Shown one piece after another: positions 7,771 through 15,901 of a DNA stretch of 22,273 nt. A program made the translations under genes and the position numbers. Each line of letters begins with the position of its first letter. Position 1 is the stretch's first letter. This DNA is from a virus (lineage: Duplodnaviria; Heunggongvirae; Uroviricota; Caudoviricetes). Location of the stretch: the IMG/VR virus record IMGVR_UViG_3300010998_001290; one strand, 5' to 3'. The notes under the pieces were generated by a model that saw only the letters and a list, made by a program, of their open reading frames with translations, was not told the origin of the DNA and searched no databases.

Positions 7771-8181
7771 ATGAAAGCAAAGAAGTTTTTAATGACCATT
7801 ATAGCTGCGGCTATGATAACATCAGCAATGTCGGTATCCGCTTTCGCGTTAGACGAGGGTGTAACCAATTCGTCTTTTGATTTTACTGACTTCGAGGAAG
7901 AAACATCTTCCGTTTCAAACGAAGAGGGCGAGAATACTTCGGCTGATGAGGGTACAAGCGATTCAGATAATTCCGATGCGATTTCAAACGGCGAAAAGAC
8001 CGAGGGAGACATTGAGAAGACAGAGGAAACCGCTGATGAAGCTGCGGAAGGCACTATTTATGACGGCGTAAAGGAAAAGGCATCTCCTGATACCGGTATT
8101 GCTGATGCAGGCATGGTAATGGCAGGCGTGGCTATTCTTGCCGGCGGAGCTTGCATCATAGCTACCAAAAAGCAGAAGTAA
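7771..8181 (+). CDS. sortase-anchored surface protein (signal peptide, acidic stalk, SPDTG-TM-basic tail)
   Basis: RBS aaggagg before ATG 7771; MKAKKFL...SAFA signal peptide; SPDTG, hydrophobic segment, KKQK. Confidence 0.85.
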   Translation: MKAKKFLMTIIAAAMITSAMSVSAFALDEGVTNSSFDFTDFEEETSSVSNEEGENTSADEGTSDSDNSDAISNGEKTEGDIEKTEETADEAAEGTIYDGVKEKASPDTGIADAGMVMAGVAILAGGACIIATKKQK

Positions 8182-8228
8182 CCGAAATGCGGTGAAACAT
8201 AAGCCCGATACATATATATCGGGCGTAT

Positions 8229-8305
8229 CGGGGTATAGCTCAGCATGGTAGAGCGCCTGCTTTGGGAGCAGGAAGTCGCGGGTCCGAATCCTGTTGCCCC
8301 GACCA
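8229..8305 (+). tRNA. tRNA-Pro(UGG)
   Basis: cctgc-tttggga-gcagg, CCA end; T-loop variant tccgaat. Confidence 0.92.
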
Positions 8306-8353
8306 GTTGCTATGGCAACTCAAAATCATTATATTATGGCTAAATGCCGGTAC

Positions 8354-8428
8354 TGCGGATTGGAGAAACGGTATCTCATCAGGTTCATATCCTGAAGACA
8401 GGGTGTTCGACTCACTCATCCGCACCCA
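8354..8428 (+). tRNA. tRNA-Met(CAU) (or Ile2), fMet-like D arm
   Basis: tcagg-ttcatat-cctga, acceptor tgcggat/atccgca, CCA end. Confidence 0.8.
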
Positions 8429-8647
8429 ACCGACCTAAAGCAAATCTTGAAGTCGGTGTTGTTGTTATGTTTGACATATTGTTTTCTGGTGAAAAACCAG
8501 AAACGAACTATCTGAATAAGCGAGAGAGCATAGCTATTCAGATATGGCGAGCAATCGCCTCTCCTTTATGATGCTTGGTAGGATGCCAAAATGGGCATTC
8601 ACGATATAAGTTGTGGTTTTATGAGTTGCTTATATCTTTTTATATAT

Positions 8648-8736
8648 GCAGGTGTACCCAAGTGGTTGAAGGGTTCGGTCTTGAAAACCGATAGGGTGTA
8701 ACAGCCGCGAGAGTTCGAATCTCCCCACCTGCGCCA
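8648..8736 (+). tRNA. tRNA-Ser(UGA)
   Basis: tcggt-cttgaaa-accga, long variable arm, G73-CCA. Confidence 0.93.
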
Positions 8737-8891
8737 GTGCATTGTTCGGAACGCTGATACCCGAACATAAAAACTCATGGCTAAGGTCTTGTTCTTTCAG
8801 CAAGGGGCAAGAATAGCACAGGATAAAACTTCGGCGGAGTTTGAGTGTGACGACAAGAGCGCATTCTTTGCTTAGCGTCACCTGTGCATTT

Positions 8892-8929
8892 GGGAGCGTA
8901 TGTAGGTTTAACTCCTACCGCTCCCACCA
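8892..8929 (+). ncRNA. tRNA minihelix (acceptor stem, T-arm and ACCA only)
   Basis: gggagcg-tat-gtagg-tttaact-cctac-cgctccc-acca. Confidence 0.55.
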
Positions 8930-8936
8930 ATATTAT

Positions 8937-9010
8937 GACGCTGTAGCCAAGCGGTAAGGCAGGAGACTGCAACTCTCCGAGCTTCGGTTCAAATCCGAAC
9001 AGTGTCTCCA
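8937..9010 (+). tRNA. tRNA-Cys(GCA)
   Basis: ggaga-ctgcaac-tctcc, U73-CCA. Confidence 0.93.
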
Positions 9011-9062
9011 AATAGCAAATCAGAGTAGAGTTGGATATAAACAGCATCGCTCTGATGTATCT

Positions 9063-9190
9063 GCCGGTGTAGGCTAACGGTAAACCGGTAAAGTACAGGC
9101 ATATTGTTTTGAAAGCATGCAGGGAATTATATTCCCGACTACATATGCTTGTACACTACCAAGCTGGTTCGACTCCAGAAACCGGCACCA
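9063..9190 (+). ncRNA. tRNA-like RNA with long extended anticodon arm
   Basis: Acceptor gccggt/accggc, T-arm ctgg-ttcgact-ccag, ACCA; internal 11-bp stem gtacaggcata/tatgcttgtac. Confidence 0.65.
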
Positions 9191-9224
9191 ATCAGCCCAA
9201 AAGGGCTAAACTAACGATAAATAT

Positions 9225-9435
9225 GGGGCGTGGGTGTAAAGATCGGTTAGGCAAATAAGTCTTACGTATAATACGCCAGTCACTGAAAGCCATATTGAGC
9301 GAGAGTGATTTGGCATTACATACGGAAAGCAGCTGAAGTCACTGAGAGCAGTAGCGAGCGAGGGTGACTCGGTCGTGGATATGCATACTGTTTCGCTAAC
9401 AGAGGTTGTGAGTTCGAGGCTCATACGCTCCACCA
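9225..9435 (+). ncRNA. tRNA-Ala/tmRNA-like RNA (G3:U70, A73) with ~145-nt insert in the anticodon arm
   Basis: Acceptor ggggcgt/acgctcc-acca, stem gttag/ctaac, T-arm gtgag-ttcgagg-ctcat. Confidence 0.7.
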
Positions 9436-9466
9436 AACAATAAGCCTCCGTTTAAGAGACTTATAC

Positions 9467-9542
9467 AGGAGTATAGTATAACGTGTCAGTATGATGGTCT
9501 CCAAAACCATTGGTGCAGGTTCGATTCCTGTTGCTCCTGCCA
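9467..9542 (+). tRNA. tRNA-Trp(CCA)
   Basis: atggt-ctccaaa-accat, G73-CCA. Confidence 0.93.
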
Positions 9543-9567
9543 AAAAAAAAGAAAAGAGGTGAGAGGC

Positions 9568-9822
9568 GTGCTCAATGCAAAGAAATTCAGAGAAATGGCT
9601 GATATGTTCTGGGAAAATAACAATGATAAGATCGCTGATATACTCAACGAAGTTCAGGAAGCGGCAAAGAATGGCTGTTATTCGGTAATAGTGGCGAGAG
9701 ACAGAGTGCTCAACGAAAGAGTTGTTGAGCGTCTTAAGAGATTAGGACTCACGGTGGAGTGCCTGTCATCAGAAGGCGTGGTGCATAAATATCGCATCTC
9801 TTTCTTGACCACGGAAGAGTAA
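9568..9822 (+). CDS. hypothetical phage protein
   Basis: RBS gaggtg before GTG 9568 (ORF open from 9559). Confidence 0.7.
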   Translation: MLNAKKFREMADMFWENNNDKIADILNEVQEAAKNGCYSVIVARDRVLNERVVERLKRLGLTVECLSSEGVVHKYRISFLTTEE

Positions 9823-9926
9823 ATCGCAGGATAAAAGCGGCAAAATAAAATTGCAAGGCTCCCCTTATGGCGAACATACAGCGAGGAGCCTTTAATAATA
9901 GGATGTTACCGGAAAGGATGTTTGTT

Positions 9927-10553
9927 ATGAATAGTAAGGATACCACTGAACCGATCATTACAAGGGAAGAAATTGCCGCTCTTAACGATGACGGCAAGCT
10001 CAGACAGCGTTTTAAGAACAAGAAAGTGAACGCCAAAAAAGAAAAACTCAGGTGCGAATTGTCGTATAAAGAATATTGTTATCTTCTGAAGGTATCGGGA
10101 TACAAGTCATCGGAGCTTGGCTTCAAAGGCGAAAACCATAAAAACGTAGTTCTTGCGAGATATGAGGATAAAGGGAACTATACCTTTGAAAATTGCAGGT
10201 TTATAACACAGGAGGAAAATAATGATGAAAAACTCGATCATATGCCAGTAAATCGTCATCCGAAGATAGCTTTTTGTAAAGACTGCGGCGTAAAGATATG
10301 GAATCCATACATATATTGCACAAGATGTGCAAGGGTTCATTCAAAGAAAGTAGAGGAGTATCATTTCAGTACGAGAAAGTGTGAGCATCCAGCCAAAGAT
10401 GAGCTCCTTAAGCTCATTCAAGAGCACAGCTTTGTCTCGCTCGGTAAGATGTTTGGCGTGTCCGATAATGCCGTAAGGAAATGGTGTAAGGAATATGGAT
10501 TGCCTTTCAAGAAGAAAGACATACTTGCGCTTAAGATGAAATCCGCAGCATAA
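9927..10553 (+). CDS. His-Me finger (HNH-like) homing endonuclease with Zn ribbon and C-terminal HTH
   Basis: LARYEDKGNYTFENCRFITQEEN; CKDC...CTRC; SFVSLGKMFGVSDNAVRKW; RBS aaagga before ATG 9927. Confidence 0.7.
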   Translation: MNSKDTTEPIITREEIAALNDDGKLRQRFKNKKVNAKKEKLRCELSYKEYCYLLKVSGYKSSELGFKGENHKNVVLARYEDKGNYTFENCRFITQEENNDEKLDHMPVNRHPKIAFCKDCGVKIWNPYIYCTRCARVHSKKVEEYHFSTRKCEHPAKDELLKLIQEHSFVSLGKMFGVSDNAVRKWCKEYGLPFKKKDILALKMKSAA

Positions 10554-10554
10554 T

Positions 10555-10605
10555 GTGTGTACGAAAAACAATAGTTTACGAAATGCCGTCTTCTTTATCA
10601 TACTA
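10555..10605 (+). promoter_or_regulatory. conserved promoter motif upstream of the c-di-GMP genes
   Basis: gtgtgtacgaaaaacaatag...tcatacta. Confidence 0.7.
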
Positions 10606-10726
10606 ATATATGATAAGAGCGGCATTTTATAATTTGCCGGTGGAATGTAGTACATCTTAAGACAAAAGATGCGAGAAGAAAGGAAATGTCCTTAAGGGTA
10701 ATGCCAAACAGGATAAAAGGTGGAAC

Positions 10727-12343
10727 ATGGACACAAAATCAGAGGGAGTAGTAATTCAATCGGAGATCGTTATGCAGTATGTTAAATCATGTGCCAAGAA
10801 CAACATTGCCAAAATATATACGGTCGGAGATAACGACTCTGAAACCGTGTTGTTTGATATTGGAATAAGCGATGTCAATAAGCACAGCATATCATTTCCT
10901 ATAAAGGATGACAACGGCAGATGCGTTATGGCTCATATTGAATTTCTGAGTTGTGCCAATCCAAATGAAGTTGACTTAGATAATTGTAAGTATATTGTGG
11001 CTATGCTCTATATTGCCAAAAGCCTTTCAGATTGCAGGGAAGAATGCCAAAAGGCAAAGCTTACTGACGCTCAGACGGGTATTCCGAATGTAATTGCCAT
11101 AAGCAGGAAATACAACAAAATTCGCAAGAAGATGAAGGCACAGAATTTGGTCGTACTGTTCATAAACATTCAGAACTTCAAATATATCAACGAAACCAAT
11201 GGAGCCAAGCACGGAGATGATGTCTTAAGAGCATATGCAAATGCTTTGACCGGGATTGTAGATGAGGAAGAGTGCGTGTGTCATATGGGCGGAGACAGCT
11301 TTGGAATGTTCATCAAAATAGAACATAAGCATGATGTTCTCAGCAAGCTTAAGTGTATCTTCATAGGGCATCTGAGGAAAAATTCTGAAAAGACATTTGA
11401 GATATCTTCGTGGATAGGTCTGTCTGAATGCGATAAAAACACAAGCAAGACGTTTATAGAGCGGCTTGACGAGGCATCAACCGCTTGCTTTATGGGAAAG
11501 GGCAGGCTTAAGAAGAATGTGGTGACATATTCCAATGAGCTCCGAAGAAAGATGGATGAAAACAGAGAGATCATCGCTATGTTCCGTCCTGCTATACTCA
11601 ACCATGAATTTACTCCTTTCTTTCAGGCAAAGGTAGACATGGAAACGGGGGATCTTGTAGGATTTGAGTCTCTTTGCCGTTGGATACATAACGGTAGATT
11701 TATCTATCTGGATCAGTTCATTCCGCTTTTGGACAAAGAAGAACTTATTCCTGATTTGGATATGACCATTTTTGATGAAACCTGCCGAGCTATCAGCAGA
11801 TGGAAGGAAATGGGGCTTAATCCTCCAAGAATATCATCGAACTTCTCAAGAAAGAACCTCTTTGTGCCTTCCGTAGAGAAAAAGATATACGAAACTATCA
11901 AGAAGAACAACATCGATGTCAATGACGTTGAGATAGAGATCACAGAAAGCGTCAAGGAAAGTGAGACAAACCGTCTTATAGATTTTGTACATCAGCTTAA
12001 GAATTACGGAATCCACATCTCTATAGACGACTTTGGCACCGGCTATTCCTCTCTGCTTCTCATACACAACATAGATGCTGATGTTATCAAGATCGATAAG
12101 TCGTTCATCGAGGAGCTTCCTGAAGACAGAAAGTCTATCGTTCTTATTGAGAGTATCATAAGCATCGCCAAAAACCTCAATATGACACTTATCGCAGAGG
12201 GAGTTGAGACGGCAGAGCAGGGGAAAAAACTCATTGAGCTTGGGTGCTCTACAGCTCAAGGGTACTATTATAGTAAGCCTATGGATTTTGAAGCAGCTAC
12301 TGAGGTTATAAGAAATCCAACTTTTAAGGCAATCAAGCACTGA
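10727..12343 (+). CDS. GGDEF-EAL protein (degenerate GGDSF, intact EAL-type PDE residues)
   Basis: MGGDSF; GFESLCRW, EITES, DDFGTGYSS, IKIDKS, EGVET, QGYYYS. Confidence 0.92.
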   Translation: MDTKSEGVVIQSEIVMQYVKSCAKNNIAKIYTVGDNDSETVLFDIGISDVNKHSISFPIKDDNGRCVMAHIEFLSCANPNEVDLDNCKYIVAMLYIAKSLSDCREECQKAKLTDAQTGIPNVIAISRKYNKIRKKMKAQNLVVLFINIQNFKYINETNGAKHGDDVLRAYANALTGIVDEEECVCHMGGDSFGMFIKIEHKHDVLSKLKCIFIGHLRKNSEKTFEISSWIGLSECDKNTSKTFIERLDEASTACFMGKGRLKKNVVTYSNELRRKMDENREIIAMFRPAILNHEFTPFFQAKVDMETGDLVGFESLCRWIHNGRFIYLDQFIPLLDKEELIPDLDMTIFDETCRAISRWKEMGLNPPRISSNFSRKNLFVPSVEKKIYETIKKNNIDVNDVEIEITESVKESETNRLIDFVHQLKNYGIHISIDDFGTGYSSLLLIHNIDADVIKIDKSFIEELPEDRKSIVLIESIISIAKNLNMTLIAEGVETAEQGKKLIELGCSTAQGYYYSKPMDFEAATEVIRNPTFKAIKH

Positions 12344-12385
12344 TTTTCGCAGCAATCGAAGATCTATACAAGCAAAGGAAAAAAT

Positions 12386-14071
12386 ATGGATAAATCGGTA
12401 AAGAAAAAGAAGAAATATGTGCCCTACGCCATATATATTCTCTTATTGCTTTTAGCTACACTCATTTTCTTGTCAGCTAATATACTTGTGCCATATAGCA
12501 TAAGCAAAGATTATGAAGATTTCAGCGGAGGCTGGGTGGACGAATCCGGGAACGAGGTCAATCTTGATAAAATAACACAAGATGTAGTGGTAAGAAAAGA
12601 TATATCTCCGGAATATCGCGAAACATCGGTGTTTATGAGGGCAAAGAATATAAATATTGATGTTTACCTTGATGACAAATTGTATAAATCCTACGGAAAA
12701 GATATGCTAAAAAACGTATTTTATAAAACTCCGGGAACTTATTTTGTCACAGTGCCACTATCAGACTCGAATACTATAAGGATCGAGATTGAATGTCCAT
12801 ATATAAACGACAGCAGTTGTAATATCAAGGAGTTATACATCGGAGATGAAGAAAGCATTCTTAAAAACCAGATTGCTAAGCTGATGCCGGGATTTTGTGT
12901 ATGTATTTTAATAATAATGCTCGGATTTATTTTCTGTACAGCAGCCGTAGCGATGCGCAAATATGGAGAAAACGCTATGAGCTTATTGGCTCTCGGACTG
13001 TTTAACTGCACCTTCGGGGTGTGGTCAGGACTTGAAATGAAACTTTTACAACTGGTTGTTGACAATCCTGCTCCTATACATCTCGGTGTACATTTATCGC
13101 TTATGCTTACAGTAATACCGATTTTCATTTTCTTCAGACAGAGGGGGGAGACCAAGGACAAAATCGGGCTGTATGCTATAATAACGATTACATCGTTAAT
13201 GTTTACATTTAACGTCCTTTCACATTTCCTATACTTTATGGATATGCATGAAACTATAGTCTTTTCACATGTGACTCTTGGTGCCGGAAGTGCGTTTACG
13301 TTAAAATATGCATTTGATATCTTAAGAAAATCGAAATTTAAGGAGCCTACATTTTGGGGACTGACTATCATCGGAATTTGTGCGGTAATTGATGTTGTAT
13401 TATACTACAATCAGATTACATATGACAGTTCTGCGTTTATCAAAATAGGTGTACTTGTATATATGATAGCTCTTGGGATTGATATTATCAGCGATTATGC
13501 CAAAATATATTCATCAAGCCTCAAGGCTAAAATGCTCGAACAGATAGCTTATGAGGACCTTCTTACGGGGTTCTATAATCACAATATGTTTATAAGCGAT
13601 ATGAAACTTATGAATAAAGAGCCAGAGAAGAACAGGGGAAAGAGTATCCTTATATTCGACATGAATTGTCTGAAATACATAAACGACACGTTCGGTCACA
13701 GCGTAGGCGATGCTGCTCTTAAGGAGTCTGCGGAATATATAAAGGAATGCTTTGGAGATATAGGAAAGTGCTACAGGACCGGCGGTGATGAATTCGCGAT
13801 CATATCCGACAATTGCACACCAAGAGCGGTAGTAAACAAGGCGTATAGCAAGCTGTGTGAGAAAACAACTGAACGCAATAGGGAGATGCCCGAAGACAAG
13901 CCGTATCCTCTCTATATAGCGTTCGGGTATGAAATAATCAAAGCGAATGCACAGGATACACTTAAGCAGGCGGATGCTAATATGTATAAGAACAAGCAGA
14001 GGATAAAAGCCGAACTTGCCGCTCAAAATCCTGAATTGATCAGGCAGAAAACAGAAAGCACCGGCTCATAA
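12386..14071 (+). CDS. membrane-bound diguanylate cyclase (extracytoplasmic domain, ~7 TM, GGDEF)
   Basis: DLLTGFYN, DMNCLKYINDTFGHSVGD, YRTGGDEF. Confidence 0.92.
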   Translation: MDKSVKKKKKYVPYAIYILLLLLATLIFLSANILVPYSISKDYEDFSGGWVDESGNEVNLDKITQDVVVRKDISPEYRETSVFMRAKNINIDVYLDDKLYKSYGKDMLKNVFYKTPGTYFVTVPLSDSNTIRIEIECPYINDSSCNIKELYIGDEESILKNQIAKLMPGFCVCILIIMLGFIFCTAAVAMRKYGENAMSLLALGLFNCTFGVWSGLEMKLLQLVVDNPAPIHLGVHLSLMLTVIPIFIFFRQRGETKDKIGLYAIITITSLMFTFNVLSHFLYFMDMHETIVFSHVTLGAGSAFTLKYAFDILRKSKFKEPTFWGLTIIGICAVIDVVLYYNQITYDSSAFIKIGVLVYMIALGIDIISDYAKIYSSSLKAKMLEQIAYEDLLTGFYNHNMFISDMKLMNKEPEKNRGKSILIFDMNCLKYINDTFGHSVGDAALKESAEYIKECFGDIGKCYRTGGDEFAIISDNCTPRAVVNKAYSKLCEKTTERNREMPEDKPYPLYIAFGYEIIKANAQDTLKQADANMYKNKQRIKAELAAQNPELIRQKTESTGS

Positions 14072-14078
14072 CAAAATA

Positions 14079-14131
14079 ATCTATGTACAAGCGGCAATAG
14101 ATTGTAATTTTTCTCGCAAAAAGTCATACTA
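14079..14131 (+). promoter_or_regulatory. conserved promoter motif upstream of sgRNA copy 6
   Basis: atctatgtacaagcggcaatag...gtcatacta, about 18 nt before the scaffold. Confidence 0.7.
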
Positions 14132-14148
14132 ATAACAAATAAATAATT

Positions 14149-14278
14149 CGGGGCAGCTCGATGCCCTTGGGACAATGAAGTGGCATCTATAAGGGTGCTA
14201 ACTCTCGTTAAGGTTAATTCATGCATAGTATTCCGCAGGACACTTATGAAGTGCGAGAGATGGTGCAGTCTGACGATA
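14149..14278 (+). ncRNA. putative sgRNA copy 6 (scaffold 14149-14258, guide gatggtgcagtctgacgata)
   Basis: Conserved scaffold directly downstream of the promoter motif. Confidence 0.8.
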
Positions 14279-14321
14279 GCATATTCGAATAGAAAAACAA
14301 TGAAAGGGTGCGACATGTTCT

Positions 14322-15137
14322 ATGATTGGAGAAAAGCTCAAAGAGCTGCGTAAAAGAAACGGATTTACACAGGGTACGGTTGCAGCGGAACTCAATATGT
14401 CGAAAAACACGATTTCAAATTGGGAAACCGGAGTCAGTAGACCAAACATAAATCAGATAGCTAAATTGGCTCAGATATTCGATTGTACAACGGATTACCT
14501 GCTTGAAGGAAGTGGCGCTCAAAAAAGCATAAGATGTAACCCGAACTGTGAGTGTTTGATAGGTGACAACGAATGTGTCTGTACATATCCTTATACACAG
14601 ACGAAGGTAGGTGAGTTGTGTCAATTTCCTGAGAAAAGAAAGCTACACATTCCTCAGAATACGGTTGACCGCAAAGCCACAACTAAAATGCTCTCAAAGC
14701 TTACCGAACAGCATATAGACCCTAAAAAGGATCCTCGTGTCTATTGGGCAAGGGAAGTTACCTTTGATTATGCGACCGCCGACCCTATCCGTGTCGATTA
14801 TATGAAATTCGAGCCGATAAACAACACTGTCGGAGGCATCGAAAAGGGTGATTTCTACTGTTATGAGATAAAATCATCGGTTGATGACTTCAATTCTCCT
14901 AACGGGCACAATTTCATAGGAGATTTCAATTACTATGTAATGAAGGAAGATACCTTTGAGAAAATCAAGGATATGATACCATACAGGGTAGGGGTATATG
15001 TTCCGGACAAGGAAGGAAGACTTAAGATAAAAAGAAAGGCTATAAGAAAAGACAGAAAGCGTCCTGTTTCCGAAATGCTGCTGATGATGTTTAGATCGGC
15101 AAATCGTGACAGATATAAGGCGAGAGAAGGAGACTGA
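14322..15137 (+). CDS. XRE-family HTH fused to PD-(D/E)xK (MmcB-like) nuclease-like domain
   Basis: IGEKLKELRKRNGFTQ...TISNWETG; REVT..RVDYM...YEIKSS.DDF. Confidence 0.8.
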   Translation: MIGEKLKELRKRNGFTQGTVAAELNMSKNTISNWETGVSRPNINQIAKLAQIFDCTTDYLLEGSGAQKSIRCNPNCECLIGDNECVCTYPYTQTKVGELCQFPEKRKLHIPQNTVDRKATTKMLSKLTEQHIDPKKDPRVYWAREVTFDYATADPIRVDYMKFEPINNTVGGIEKGDFYCYEIKSSVDDFNSPNGHNFIGDFNYYVMKEDTFEKIKDMIPYRVGVYVPDKEGRLKIKRKAIRKDRKRPVSEMLLMMFRSANRDRYKAREGD

Positions 15138-15139
15138 CT

Positions 15140-15388
15140 ATGAATAGGGACGTAATGCTGAAGATTTCAGAAGTCAAAAAGAGGGCTTGCGATGCTATGG
15201 AGAGTTGTATGGCTAATATTACAGTCGGCGATGCCAAGAACGCTATACACAGCAGAGGACAAGCCTCGGTGTGGGAAGAAATCCTCTGCGGAGCATACGG
15301 GGAAGACCTCTTGGATAATGAACACTATGAGACCATGTGTAACATTTATCGAGACTGGCTGAATAAGATAACCATAAGCGGCACATAA
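15140..15388 (+). CDS. hypothetical protein (paralog of 16635-17129 N-terminus)
   Basis: MNRDV...AMESCMANITVG...RGQASVWEEIL. Confidence 0.8.
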   Translation: MNRDVMLKISEVKKRACDAMESCMANITVGDAKNAIHSRGQASVWEEILCGAYGEDLLDNEHYETMCNIYRDWLNKITISGT

Positions 15389-15405
15389 GGGAAGGAGGAA
15401 TAGAA

Positions 15406-15555
15406 GTGGAATTGGATGACAAGAAGAACCTCAAGCTGATAAAGCAGGCTCTTAAGGATTACGAGGACGGCGCACTCGTTGAAGCAAGAGACGCGCTGGC
15501 AGAGGTCGTACACGCTATCGACAATCTTATTACTGCCGATATGATAGCAGAGTGA
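15406..15555 (+). CDS. 49-aa hypothetical phage protein (absent from the ORF track)
   Basis: RBS aggagg, GTG start, MELDDKKNLKLIKQALKDYEDGALVEARDALAEVVHAIDNLITADMIAE. Confidence 0.7.
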   Translation: MELDDKKNLKLIKQALKDYEDGALVEARDALAEVVHAIDNLITADMIAE

Positions 15556-15565
15556 GGAGAGAATT

Positions 15566-15886
15566 ATGGCAAGCTGGGTCATATTCTTAATACTTGCAAT
15601 AATATGCTTTGCCGGTGCCATTATCATATGTGTAAAGCAGCAGTATAGCTTAAATCACAGAGATCCATTGAAGCTCTTGGGACTTATATGCTGGGCTGTT
15701 GGAAGTGTATTCTTTGTCATTAGCGGATTACAGTTCAACGAGCAATATGATATACCGAATAGCATCAAATATGTAGGAAAAACATACTACTTGCAAACGG
15801 AACCGCCGCAAGAGGCGCTTCCGGTAACTATAGTAGATGAAAACACGATCATTGTTAACGGTGAAACATACGTTATCAAACGATAA
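15566..15886 (+). CDS. two-TM membrane protein, DExTxIVNGxxY family
   Basis: Two hydrophobic helices; IVDENTIIVNGETY. Confidence 0.8.
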   Translation: MASWVIFLILAIICFAGAIIICVKQQYSLNHRDPLKLLGLICWAVGSVFFVISGLQFNEQYDIPNSIKYVGKTYYLQTEPPQEALPVTIVDENTIIVNGETYVIKR

Positions 15887-15901
15887 GAAAGGAGTTTCAA
15901 A

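Noticed and set aside
9011-9025. Self-target of guide 3 (shared caaatcagag)
   Set aside because: A 10-nt match that excludes the 5' seed, as expected by chance in 22 kb.
10605-10726. c-di-GMP riboswitch upstream of the PDE/DGC genes
   Set aside because: Only a short hairpin (cggca/tgccg) is present; the GEMM-I and c-di-GMP-II consensus elements are absent.
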